DNA of 64,000 nucleotides from Macrostomum lignano. Its lineage: Eukaryota. Where the stretch lies: assembly GCA_002269645.1 (NCBI GenBank), contig NIVC01000291.1:186001-250000 (forward strand), in the 5' to 3' direction. This document shows positions 13,597 to 25,807 of this stretch, piece after piece. The first letter of the stretch is position 1. The number at the start of each line of letters is the position of its first letter. Position numbers and translations under genes: made by a program. The notes beneath the pieces were generated by a model that was not told the DNA's origin, searched no databases, and saw only the letters and a program-made list of their open reading frames with translations.

Positions 13597-13984
13597 CATG
13601 GATGAATGAATAGAATGGATTGCTATTCTGGCTCTGGCTGTTTTCGTTTTTGACTCTTTTGCATCCGGTTCCCCCCGTGCCTTTTCATTGGTTGATGATT
13701 GCCATAGACGGTTTTCGGCCTTCGCCCCTTTCTTTCGATGCACAAGCGCAAAGAACTGAGAATGTCAGTTACTTGCAGAGAATATCGAGCGCTCGTAGGT
13801 CTTCCCCCTTTATTTCAAAACACGAGCGAAAGCGCTTGTGCATCGAAAGAAAGGGGCGAAGGCCGAAAATTGTCTATGGCAATCATCAACCAATGAAAAG
13901 GCACGGGGGGAACCGGATGCAAAAGAGTCAAAAACGAAAATAGCCAGAGCCAGAATAGCAATCCATTCTATTCATTCATCCATG
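13597..13984. mobile_element. hAT-type MITE, 388 bp, about 150-bp TIRs beginning CATGGATGAATG, 8-bp TSD GTGCAGAC
   Basis: The TSD is identical at 13589-13596 and 13985-13992. Long near-perfect inverted arms flank a spacer of about 80 bp. A second copy lies at 31219-31608. Confidence 0.9.
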
Positions 13985-14114
13985 GTGCAGACTTGAACTA
14001 CATAACATCTGCACGAGAGACGCGACTTCAAAACTTTGAAGAGTTTACCAATAATAGCCATGGATTTCATACGCTTGTCCGTCTTGCCAACAGATCTCCT
14101 ACTTCAAGCCACCA

Positions 14115-15857
14115 ATGAGGAATTCAAAGAGGAGCCCGAGACGACGCTTCCAGGCCGAAGGGTGTCGAATCTCAGCACAGGCTCGAACGATGATGCAACA
14201 GTTGTTCATCGGTTTGTTCCAGCCGGTGTGTGGAGATAATGCCCCTCCTGATTACTCCAGCTTCAAGTCTAAGTACTGGACCTTCAAGACAGTCGCCATG
14301 CCAGACTGCTACGTATTCTCGCACAGGAGTTCGCGTTGCATTATCCTGGAAGTGGTCACCCGATTCCCGGAATCGCAGACTGAGAACCTGCACTCGTACA
14401 AGTTTTCCGCGCACCCGTTTTTCGAGGACAAAGTGAGCACCTACACTAGGTGGAAAAGAAAGGACACTCCAAATCAAAACCTGGTTCGCTCCAGGACTTG
14501 GGATGTGGCACTGAATGTAGTGATGAAGATTGAGGCCGTGCCAGCTCCGTTTAACAAGTACCGGTACCTGCTGAAGCGTGAGTCGGAAATCCTGCAGTTT
14601 ATGTGGGACAAGTACCTGGACTCTGGCGCCGACATCGATGAAATGACGGGGATTCCTATGCTCTTCGAATACCAGGAGGTGCCGAACGACACTTTCTATG
14701 TGACAACAAGCTCCAACCAAGTCGACGAAATTGACCAGTTCGGCAAGATGAAGCCGATCAGCTTCCCGCCTGCCTCAGACCAGCGAACGACCCTGTCGTA
14801 CATGACGATGGAGAAGTTGGGGCCCAATCTCAGCTACTTGCAGCGGCTCGTCAAGGCCGCTCAAACACCGCCGTATACATTCGATTTGTGGACAGCAGCA
14901 AAGATATTCGACCAGCTCATTTGCCGCATCCTGCAGGTGCACAAGTCAGGCGTCGTGCACAATGACATCTCGCCGGAGAACATCTACATGGGAAACGGAG
15001 TCGCATTTGACGTGGTCTACCTGAACAACTACAAGCGCTCGTACATCGTGGCCGAGGGAGATAAAAAAGGTCCGTCCGGCTTGGCCTCCTCGTCCATCGG
15101 CTGCAACGTCCGGTTTGCCTCGGTAGGCCAGCTGAGTGGGTCGGTCTACAACATGAGCCCCATTGACGACATTGAGTCGGCATTCTACGTGTTGCTGGCC
15201 ATGCTGAGCAGCGACTCTCTGCCTTGGGACGGCGTGCTGCGCTTAAAGCGAACTTCGGAGTATTCGCTACGGGGCGCTTCGTCCAACTCCAACGCTCGAG
15301 AGAACAACACCGTCACTGAGGAACAAAAGACGCAGATCCTGCCAACCCGAATCTCTAATGAGACTCTGAGAAAGGTGATGGATTTCAAAAATCGATTTTG
15401 GCAGTCATCTCAGCTTGTTAACCTTGTCCTGTCCAACTGTCACTGCCTGTTTTCGGGTGACGCAAAGCAGGCGTCGAGCATCGCGATGTTCATTACAGAT
15501 TTGTACCTCCGGGTGCGGGACTAGCGACAGAACTTCAAGTCCTTCGACGACTACTATCAATACTGCAAAAAGCTCAACCGCTCATCCAGCGAGGAGTTTC
15601 GCCAGTTCATGGAGCTGCGCAAATGCGCGCTAGTTTACTTCGAGTTTTCCGAAACTTTCGACATACTCAACGACATCACTTTCCGCAAAAAGGTGGACCA
15701 GCTCAAGAACGACTCGGTCACCCAGCAGCCATGGAATGCTTTCGTGTGGTGCTTCAATAATATTGAAATCACGACGCAGAGCAAGAGGTCCGTCTCGTTT
15801 GTCTCCTCGGTTGCGCAAGGCTTCCGGAGAAAGTCAGTTGCGCCCACCAGCAGGTGA
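14115..15857 (+). CDS. Intronless casein kinase 1 family (CK1/TTBK/VRK-like) kinase, probably a pseudokinase; in-frame TAG at 15522-15524 with the reading frame continuing to 15857
   Basis: Motifs: VVMKIE (beta3 Lys), LKRESEIL (alphaC), YMTMEKLGPNL, HNDISPEN, RFAS, DDIESAFYVLLAMLSSDSLPW. ORF 15609-15857 is in the same frame (offset 1494) and the 84 nt after the TAG are open. Confidence 0.8.
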
Positions 15858-16867
15858 TCACTAATTGCTGCAACTACTTCTGAGTCTTCACAATGTACCG
15901 GGGGTATGAAAACAATTGACGCACCGTGTATGCTAATATAATAAACAGCATACCTGTCTCTGTACTCTGGCCATACGCTACCTACATTAATTATTTTATT
16001 CTGTTACTAACCAGTAAGCGCAAACCATGAAATGTATTCCTACTGAAATCGCAATAAACTACTGACTGCAAGTGTAAAACAGCGCAGCGAATCTGCAATG
16101 CAGCCACTGCGCGGGTATTCGAGTACAAATAATTAATCTTTAAGCCTTGAAATCTACTCTTTATAGTTTTTAGCAGTGTGGTTTCTGTATATTAGAAAAC
16201 GGCATTCGTTGTATTTCACTCAGCGGAGGCTGGAAGCATCAGAGCCGATCTCGCAGTTGAAAGCCGGCCGTTCATAGAAAATAAAATAGAGAATCGGTGC
16301 TCAGTGTGCTCAAGAAAAGTCGCCGCAATGCACGGGAAAAATAAAATCAAGAGTATCCATCTCTATAAACTGATAGAAAATCTCGCGGCATAAATTAGGC
16401 ACGTAAGCAGACATTCGAACAAGGAAAATCCCTAGCGAAGGAAAGCGGCGGCCAGGAAAGCAATGGACTGCGAATAGCGCGTGCTGGTTGCCAGGGCTGA
16501 GAGCAGCGAGCGCGGAAGACTAACAGAGTTGCTGTGCTTTGAAGGTGAGCAGTGGACAACGGGTCTACCAAGAGAACTCTTAGAATAACAATAAAAGGGC
16601 ATCAAACCAAAGAGTTTGGTCAAGTACAGATATCGGGCTCAGAAGTTACTACTGTGATACAGAACGTTTGTATGGTTTAAAATCCATACAAGGCAATATA
16701 AAAGCTTTTATCTCTAAAAGTACTCGTAAGTTCAAATTTTCAGAGAATTTCTAACCCGCGCGATGTGCGCAAGAAATAATTTTATAAAGTCAGATTTTGA
16801 TTTTTCAGTCTCGAAATTGCTGCAAATTTCAGTCAGCTTTTTTCAGCCCCACTCGCCATTGGCGGCG

Positions 16868-19800
16868 TCAAAGGGTGGCGTGGCACAGGGCGATCTTGTT
16901 GAAGGTCACAAATGTGCCTTGGTTCTGCTTGCTGCAATTGAGTTGAGTTTGGGTTTCAGTGCCAATTGCAAAACAGCTTAAAAAAAGAAAGCAAAAAGTG
17001 CCGAAATTTCCTGCTGCCTCACCACTGGAAATACCGCCGCCCGTCGAACACTCCGTCGTGCTTCCCGGCCAGCCCGTCCGCCAGCTCCACGCCAACGTAG
17101 GTGCCCTGCCGGCCGTGCAGACTGCCGACATATCGGACGCGGCCGCGGGTCAGGCGGCCTCGACTGCCGCAGAACTCAACAAGATCGCCTTGGCGGAGGT
17201 CTGACTCACTGCGAGGCGCAAAGGTTCGCGGCTGGCGTTGCTGGTGCGCCGGTGGCGCCTGTGGCAAGGACGGAGGCACCGTCGAGGACCAAACTGGACG
17301 TCGCGGTTGTACCGGTGGCGGCAGCGGGCTGGAAGCTGTCCATCGACATCGCGATCGTCGTTCCGTCCCAGGATGTCATCGACGGCGTCATCGACATCGT
17401 CATCAAAGTCTGTGCGCGGTGGTCGTCGCCGATTATTGCGCCGTCCAGGTGTCGTTCGACGAGGTTGCGGATCCTCGGCCAGTGAGGCGACGTCGTCGCT
17501 CTCAATGTCGTCCAAATCCAGTCGACGGCGTCGGCCAAGAGTTGATAAAGGAGGTGGTGGAGGCATCGGCGGCGGCTCCAGGATCCGGTAGCTTGGCTGT
17601 CGGTGGCCTGCGCGAATCCTCGGAGTCAGCGGCGGATCTGGGGAGTTTTGATGCTTGAGTAGTTATGCATCATAGCTACTCGTGGCCAGTAGAAACAAAC
17701 AAATAAAATTATATAACTCCTATTTAAGGTTAGGAAGCGCAATATTTACTGCAGAAAATAATTCGTTCCCTGTAACAATGTAACAATAACGTTCCCTGAA
17801 CACTGCCACAGAATATACATATTCTGTGATTCACTGGTCTTAATTTATACCCGGAATTAGTAGCAGAAAATACTGGTACAGATGTAATACGATAGTCGAT
17901 TTTTTTATAATGAATAAAAATATCCTTTGGGTATCATCAAAATTGGTTCTCAAACGAGAGCTGTGAGTCGAGCCTGTGTCCAACATGCCCATTGGATGTT
18001 CAACTCGACTGTACAAGCCAGGCTCTCACCATAGTCGCTGCGATGAGAAGTCAGCCCGGACAGAAAGGTACGCTGCAGGTTCACTTCATCTTTGAGTCGA
18101 AGATTCTCCCGTTGAAGCTCATCGGAGCGAATTCGCGTTAGCTCCAGCTCGCGGCGCAGCTCGTCTAGCTCGACCTGCAGGTGGGCGCACTGGTCGTGGC
18201 CTCGGTGCCGCAGTCGGTTCAACTGCGGGTCACGTGGGTGTCAGGGAAAACAGCTAAATGTTGAGAGGTGAATGACTAGCTTGTACGAGTACGGGCAGAG
18301 ATGCTGGTGGAGGAGGGGGCTTTTCGAAGCGCAACCGGTGGTTAACTGAATCGCATGAACCGACCAGCTGAATAGGACGAATGGAGAACAGGGAATTGAA
18401 CAGTCATTGATCAGTGAGGCCAAGCATGCAGGGTTCAGCAATCAAGCAAAATGGCACCTCGTTCCGGAGCACCCGATTCTCCACCACAAGCTCGTCGACG
18501 GTGGCCTGCAGCCGTGCATCGCTTGGCGGCTCCCAGGCTGGAGGTGGGGGCGGCGGTGGTCCGCTGTAGTCGGGGTTGGCACGCAGGCTCTGATTGGCGT
18601 CGCTCAGGTTCAGCACCTGTGCCTCCAGATCGGCTGGATGCAAGGAGCGCCGGGATGGGAAAAGAAAATTATAATATGAGCTACGAAGTAGCAAAGTAAG
18701 AGAGAATTGTTTGGGGAACTCGGTAATAGAGTAGCTACTCACCAATTCTGCGATGCAAGGCGTCTGGTGAGATGAATGGCGGATCAGCTGCAGGTGGTGG
18801 CGGCGCTTCCTCTGCTGGAGGCTGCAAATAATCAGAGTTTTCGTTACTTTATACGCCTTAACTTGCACAAAATTTTAACTTTTAACTTACGTCTTCAACC
18901 GGGGGATCTTTAGAAGAGCTGGCCTTGCTTTTCCGACTGCTGCTCTTTTTGCTGCAGCTACTTCTGCTACTAGCACTGCTACTGCTGCTGCTGCTGGACT
19001 TCGCAGATCTGCGAGAACTTAACTCTGCCTTCGCATCGACCTCATCCAACCCAGCAGACTTTTCTTGCTTGCCAAGGTTTTCACCTGCTATCTGTGCTAC
19101 AATGGATTCCTCATCAACAACTGATGGTGCGTTCGATGGCGTCTTCTGATCTTTGTCTACAACAGATGGAGGCTTCGATGGCGTCTTCTGTCCTTCATCT
19201 ACAACTGATGGTGGTTTCGATGGCGTCTTCTGAACTTCGTCTACAACTGATGGAGGCTTCGATGGCGTCTTCTGACCATCGTCTACAACTGATGGAGGCT
19301 TCGATGGCGTCTTCTGTCCTTCATCTACAACTGATGGTGGTTTCGATGGCGTCTTCTGAACTTCGTCTACAACTGATGGAGGCTTCGATGGCGTCTTCTG
19401 TCCTTCGTCTACAACTGATGGAGGCTTCGATGGCGTCTTCTGACCATCGTCTACAACTGATGGAGGCTTCGATGGCGTCTTCTGTCCTTCGTCTACAACT
19501 GATGGAGGCTTCGATGGCGTCTTCTGACCATCGTCTACAACTGATGGAGGCTTCGATGGCGTCTTCTGACCATCGTCTACAACTGATGGAGGCTTTGATG
19601 GCGTCTTCTGATCTTCGTCTACAACTGATGGAGGCTTCGATGGCGTCTTCTGTCCTTCGTCGACAAATGATGGAGGCATCGATGGCGTCTTCTGACCTTC
19701 GTCGACAACTGATGGAGGCTTCGATGGCGTCTTCTGACCTTCGTCTACAACGGACGGTGGGTTTGATGGCGTCTTCTGACCATCGTCGACAACTGATGGA

Positions 19801-20828
19801 GGCTTCGATGGCGTCTTCTGTCCTTCGTCGACAACTGATGGAGGCTTCGATGGCGTCTTCTGACCTTCGTCGACAACTGATGGAGGCTTCGATGGCGTCT
19901 TCTGACCTTCATCTACAACTGACGGTGGGTTTGATGGCGTCTTCTGACCATCGTCGACAACTGATGGAGGCTTCGATGGCGTCTTCTGACCATCGTCTAC
20001 AACTGACGGTGGGTTTGATGGCGTCTTCTGTCCTTCGTCGACAACTGATGGAGGCTTCGATGGCGTCTTCTGACCATCGTCTACAACTGATGGAGGCATC
20101 GATGGCGTCTTCTGTCCTTCGTCGACAAATGATGGAGGCATCGATGGCGTCTTCTGACCATCGTCTACAACTGATGGAGGCTTCGATGGCGTCTTCTGAC
20201 CTTCGTCTACAACTGACGGTGGGTTTGATGGCGTCTTCTGACCATCGTCTACAACTGATGGAGGCTTCGATGGCGTCTTCTGACCTTCGTCGATAACTGA
20301 TGGAGGCTTCGATGGCGTCTTCTGACCTTCGTCGACAACTGATGGAGGCATCGATGGCGTCTTCTGACCTTCATCTACAACTGACGGTGGGTTTGATGGC
20401 GTCTTCTGTCCTTCGTCGACAACTGATGGAGGCTTCGATGGCGTCTTCTGACCTCCGTCGACAACTGATGGAGGCTTCGATGGCGTCTTCTGACCTTCGT
20501 CTACAACGGACGGTGGGTTTGATGGCGTCTTCTGATCCTCGTCTACAACTGATGGAGGCTTCGATGGCGTCTTCTGACCATCGTCAACAACTGACGGTGG
20601 GTTTGATGGCGTCTTCTGACCTTCATCCACAAGTGATAGAGGCTTTACAGGTGTTCTAAGGCCCTCGTCGATAGCGGACCCCTTTGGAGAAATATTTTCT
20701 CGCTGGCTGTCAATGTCAGTAGCTCTACCACTGACTATGTGCAGCAGTGGTGGATCAGCTTCAATCCTGAAGTTTTCATCTTCTGAATTCCCTTGGTCTT
20801 CACCGAACTGTTGATCTTGAAAATCCAT
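16868..20828 (-). CDS. Coiled-coil protein with C-terminal CAP-Gly domain and N-terminal 14-aa tandem repeat. Exons 20828-18891, 18821-18743, 18633-18458, 18222-18030, 17637-17023 (contains a frameshift) and 16931-16868
   Basis: All five introns are GT-AG with compatible phases (0,1,0,1,2). The CAP-Gly reads GRVRYVGSLHGRQGTYVGVELADGLAGKHDGVFDGRRYFQ|CKQNQGTFV across the last intron. Coiled coil ELDELRRELELTRIRSDELQRENLRLKDE. Exon 5 length is off by one frame unit. Confidence 0.8.
19120..20630 (-). repeat. 42-bp coding tandem repeat, 36 copies of VVD(E/D)GQKTPS(K/N/M)PPS
   Basis: Counted in the 18882-20828 translation; no stop or indel on the minus frame. Confidence 0.95.
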
Positions 20829-22574
20829 CTAATCGGAAAACATTCTGTAATTTTAAAGAATAAGTTCATTTCTCTGGTCATTTATGAAAGTGGGTTCGGG
20901 ATACTTTGTGTTAGTGATTTTAGATTAAATCAAACGCAAACAAAATTTCTGACTCTAAAGTATTCCTAAAAATCCTAAAGTATTTTTGAGCTAGATGGAA
21001 ACACATGCTTTTAAAAGGTCCATAAATATATTGAATTTGTATTCTTATTAATACTTATACTATATGCATCCACAGTAAATACCATATAATTTACTAAAAA
21101 TTACTAAGTGACATTGTTTTTAGACTTTTGGCATTAAGAAATTTTTCAATAAAGTTTCTAACTATTGATAAGTTTTTATCATAAGCCTTGATACTTCGTG
21201 TTGTCATAAATGATCCTCATATTTTTGGTACCAGTTAGTTGCAATAAATATACTTATAATTTCAAATGAAAGTAATGATAGAATTACATTAAAAATAATT
21301 TAAAATTCTTAATTTAAATTTTATTTTTAACTTCTTTTTAAAATAAAGTATACAGAGTTTTTATTGAGAAACAGAAAAGAATTGTACTGATGTTTGTTGC
21401 TATGAAAATTCTATTCACAATAACAGCGTGCTGTTGAAGCAAATTAAAAAACTCTTCATCGACATTTAAGTCTAACTTGTACCAGAGTCCTCAAATTATT
21501 TATTAGGACTAGGCAATAGGCAGTCTATAATATTTTATCAGAGTATATTGTAAGCCGACAGGGCGAATCCCGAAAATTATATGGCCAACGGGCTCAAATT
21601 ATAGAGCAAAATTACGTATTGGCAGGGTTAAAATGTATGATTCGATTTCTTTAGCCATTGCTGAGGGGACCACAGCCCCTTGCCCACCTCCTGGATCTTC
21701 GCAGAGTTGCGTGATAAATGTTATAGTCACACAACTATTGAAAGTTGATAAATCTAAAATAAAATGTTTTAAACTCTGAACTCACAGAATCACTGAGCAA
21801 ACGCTACGCATCCATAGCAACAAAAAAGCTATAAAAGTTTTACCCTATAACCATTAAAAGTAAACTATTTTTTTTAAAATTCGGGTGGTAAAATACTAAA
21901 ACACTTTTTATAACATCTGGAATTGTAATGTGTTTGTTAAACCAAAGTAAATGTTAAAACTTAACGATTTACTATCTGAGCTATTATGTCCGCTTAATTT
22001 AGTCTTATGAATTCGTGGTCACCATTCGTCCATAATAAACTTTTATTATGTCCATTTTATGCTCTCTGTGTTCATTCATTCAGTTTTTAAAGAAATATTG
22101 TTATTTCTTACACAATAATTTTAAGCTACATTTTTTTAAAAATGTTTTAAGCTGTCACATACAGTAGGACTCGGGGGCTCATTAGCTCTCATTGGACTCA
22201 TTGATCTTATTAGGCTCATTGGGCTCAGCAGCTCGAGACAAATCCAAGGACTATTAAGCATACGCGCCATAAACGACATTTAATAAGTACATGTATAGTC
22301 CGTGGACCATGCAATTACTTTGAAGGCTTGCGGAATTCTATTGCCTCGATCAGAATTGCCTCAAATTTAATGCTAGCTTATTACTTTACTCTGGTCTCGT
22401 CTCACCGTACTCCATGGCTTTGCCTCTTTATGCTACCTATTCTGGGGAACTTCTAAGCCATTTAGGTAGTTTGGTACATTTGGTACAATGGTAGATGCAC
22501 TATAGCTTTGTTAGCGACAGTTTTTCCGTAAAATCATATACTGTATAACGACTACTGTATAACACAATTTTAAG

Positions 22575-22700
22575 TCCCCATTTATTTTGTTGTCTAGCGG
22601 GCAAAAGCAAGAGGTGTCTCGTTTATTGACCGAGGCGAAGCCGAGGTCAATGATCGAGACACCGAGTGCTTTCGGCCCTAGACAGCTAAATAAGTGGGGA
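22575..22700. repeat. About 126-bp imperfect palindrome with central GAGGCGAAGCCGAG
   Basis: Left arm tccccatttattttgttgtctag...ggtgtctcgtttattgacc pairs with right arm ggtcaatgatcgagacacc...ctagacagctaaataagtgggga. Confidence 0.85.
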
Positions 22701-23302
22701 ATATGATCTGTATCCCCCGTTCGGTATGTTGGCTGCTAGCTGTTTGTCTATGGTTGTTGTCTCGAATTTATCAGCCCGTGGGGCAGCGGGAAATAAATGA
22801 TTTATTCACCTAGGGAAATAAATGAAAACATGCGTCACATAGACACTCGCCCGGGGCAAAAGGGGGATACATCCTCGCGCAGCCCTCGTATTTGTGCCGT
22901 TTTGGCCCTAGGAAGCATAGACATATTTCTATTGTGTCATACTTCGCGGGCCGCATCACTTCATTTCGGCCCGCTCCTAGATGCAGGGCTAAGCAGAGTA
23001 TGCAGTTTTCGATATACCATCTTTACCATAGACTATAATCCAGGGCCGAATCATTGATTCTGCCCGCAGCGTGGCTGAGCGCAAAAACTGGGGTGGGAGC
23101 TTCGCCCGCACATTTTAACCATAGAGAAAATCAACCAGAGTCTGACTGCAGTTAAGTAGTGGATATCAGAATTCTTTTCATTCTGAATTTAACTTTTTTT
23201 GTCAAACTTCTGAGCTAGAAAAAAATGATCAATTTGTCAAGAATTGCGACTGGAGATATCTCCGGACTTGACACTCTATGGATGAAATCAAGGCTGTACA
23301 CG

Positions 23303-25065
23303 CCTCCCCTGAAGAGAGAATTCGGTCGATACAATATGCCCTGAAAACTACTGATTTCCCATGAATCCATGACCCAGCAGAAGTCCAAAAAAGCAATCCT
23401 AGAAATCCTATCGAATTGTCTGCACAGTGTACAGGTATGCAAAATATTACAGTGACTTTAGTTGATATCGGTATAGAATGAAACTAATCCATTCTGCCAG
23501 AGCCTCAGAAGTTGGCCTTTCATGGCTGAGTATCGCCTCAGGCCAATCGCACGGAATCGAACCAACTATACATGCATACATTTTTCGCAAGAGGCAGCTG
23601 CTCAGCCTCTCAATTGCTTCATCAGTTGTTTATTATTAAAGTGCAGCCGAGCTCTGGCAGCCCGTCTCTATTCTGTCCAGCTCTCGGCCGCAGCAATTCG
23701 CTGCATTTTGCATTCCTGCCACCTGCAGCCAGCAGCAACAGACAGGCTTGAGCACGCACTGAATGGTCTGAGAGCCATCGAATTATGATATGCGAGCATG
23801 GTCACAATGGCTTTTTAAGACAAAACGCAGTCGAGCTGTAGGCAGCGGGTGGTTAGAGAGGCCAGCTTAACCTCTCTGTATCTCTGCTCGCTCGCTATTC
23901 TCAGGCCAGCTCACCGCTCTGTCAGCCTCCCTGCAGTTTGGCAGACTCCGGGGCAACCAGCAGTGCTGTACTCGGTCTGTTTTGAGTAGTGAGCTGAATG
24001 GAGCTGCATTCTAGCTAGACTTATTTATTATCTCAGGCAGGAGTTGCGGGGGTTGGGTGGTTCGAGAGGCCAGTATGGGGTGATTGCGAACTCGAGTAGT
24101 TTTCTCTTTGCGGGCTTTTATGACGCCAGACTGTCGCACTGCGAGTGCTGAGCTGGGTGGGGCCGTTCCAGATGAAGCTTGGAGATTCATTTAGCGATGA
24201 GGCTGCCGAGATGACCAGCGCAAAGCTGAGCTGTCTGAGGCTGCAGTGGCAGCTGCTCCCGAAAGAGTTGCAGCCCCAGCCTTGCACAATGGAGACTCTG
24301 CATTGTGCTTTAGCACCCTGCCTGCCCCCTCACTGCACCTTCGCTTCTGTGCTCAGAGATGACGGGCGGAGGCTGGGCTGCCAGCCAGCTGCATTTTTTT
24401 GATAGTTTAGCGCTTTCTCGAAGCATGAGAAAACAAGCGTTTATTGAGCGGAGTCTGCATGATCTGAGCTGGGATCTGATAGAGAACAAAGAAGCTGAGC
24501 TGGGATCTTATGGAGAGTAGAGAAGCTGAGCTTTCGAGTTGACAAATCTCAGCAGTGAAATGCTAAAGTGCCGGTCACCAAGTGCAAAATGCAATAAAAA
24601 AGCCAGGCAGCCGCAGTGCACAGATAAACCGTGTGAAATCCAAAATCAGCCTATATGTGAGTCCCGCACTGTCCTGGGCAGGCCGAGAGCTGGACAGAAC
24701 AGAGACGGGCCGCCAGAGCTCGGCTGCACTTTAATAATAAACAACTGATGAAGCAATTGAGAGGCTGAGCAGCTGCCTCTTGCGAAAAATGTATGCATGT
24801 ATAGTTGGTTCGATTCCGTGCGATTGGCCTGAGGCGATACTCAGCCATGAAAGGCCAACTTCTGAGGCTCTGGCAGAATGGATTAGTTTCATTCTATACC
24901 GATATCAACTAAAGTCACTGTAATATTTTGCATACCTGTACACTGCAGACAATGCGATAGGATTTCTAGGATTGCTTTTTTGGACTTCTGCTGGGTCATG
25001 GATTCATGGGAAATCAGTAGTTTTCAGGGCATATTGTATCGACCGAATTCTCTCTTCAGGGGAGG
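23303..25065. repeat. Large inverted repeat: about 386-bp arms (23303-23689 and 24681-25065) around a 991-bp spacer
   Basis: The arms are near-identical reverse complements. The ORF track shows the same peptide MAEYRLRPIARNRTNY on both strands (23522+ and 24848-). No TSD seen. Confidence 0.92.
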
Positions 25066-25140
25066 TCAGTGTTCAGTTGTTTTTGTAGTGTGCTAAGTTA
25101 TAGATTATAGCATCACTCTAAAGAAACCGATTTTTTGTAG

Positions 25141-25367
25141 GTCATCGCCGCGATGAATCCGTCAATCGATACACCAAGCGCATCTCTGAGAAGAGAGCTG
25201 AGATCCAGGTTTCTCGCAGTCTCACGGAAGCATCGCACTCAGAGTCGAAGATGTCGAAGGTGGTTTCAATGGAGCACCGCCAGACGGAGTACAATGAGCC
25301 TGGCCCGTCGCGCAACCCAATAACTACTCTGGGGAAGGATGGAGCTAAAATCAGCTTCTTCTTGTAA
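25141..25367 (+). mobile_element. Tyrosine-recombinase (Crypton-like) C-terminal exon fragment A
   Basis: After acceptor ttttttgtag it reads (G)HRRDESVNRYTKRISEKRAEIQVSRSL, matching the box II GH..S...Y pattern. It shares RYTKRIS with fragment B. Confidence 0.5.
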
Positions 25368-25807
25368 AAGAGGCAAGCGGTGAATGGAAGTAAGATGTGA
25401 ACCTGTAACGGACAATGAATTTTTCTAGCAATGTATGTGACAATTACATTTAATGGTTATCTGTTACAGCTTTTAATTATACGTTAATTACGAGTACATA
25501 TGTTATACTCAATCGTTCTGGCAAAAGTTTGGCCATAGACTAGCCTCACATCTTCATTTCGGCCCGCGATGTGGACATAATAAATCTAGACACAATTCTC
25601 CATAATCCGCTATTCCTACCCTAATTTGCAAGGGCGGGCAGAAACGCCATTTCCTGCCCGGTCTATGGTAACTCCATACTATTTGAGTGTGAATCTTTTC
25701 GAATTTTTATTTCCTTTCCGCTGCGGATGTCTGTGATAAAAATCACGAGTTAATGCTTCGTCTATGTCTCAAGTTTACTGTAATTTCAGTTTTCTCTGCT
25801 AAATATC

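Noticed and set aside
19094-20659. Plus-strand QLMEASMASS repeat ORFs
   Set aside because: Antisense shadow of the coding repeat; interrupted by a stop near 20297, whereas the minus frame splices into the CAP-Gly gene.
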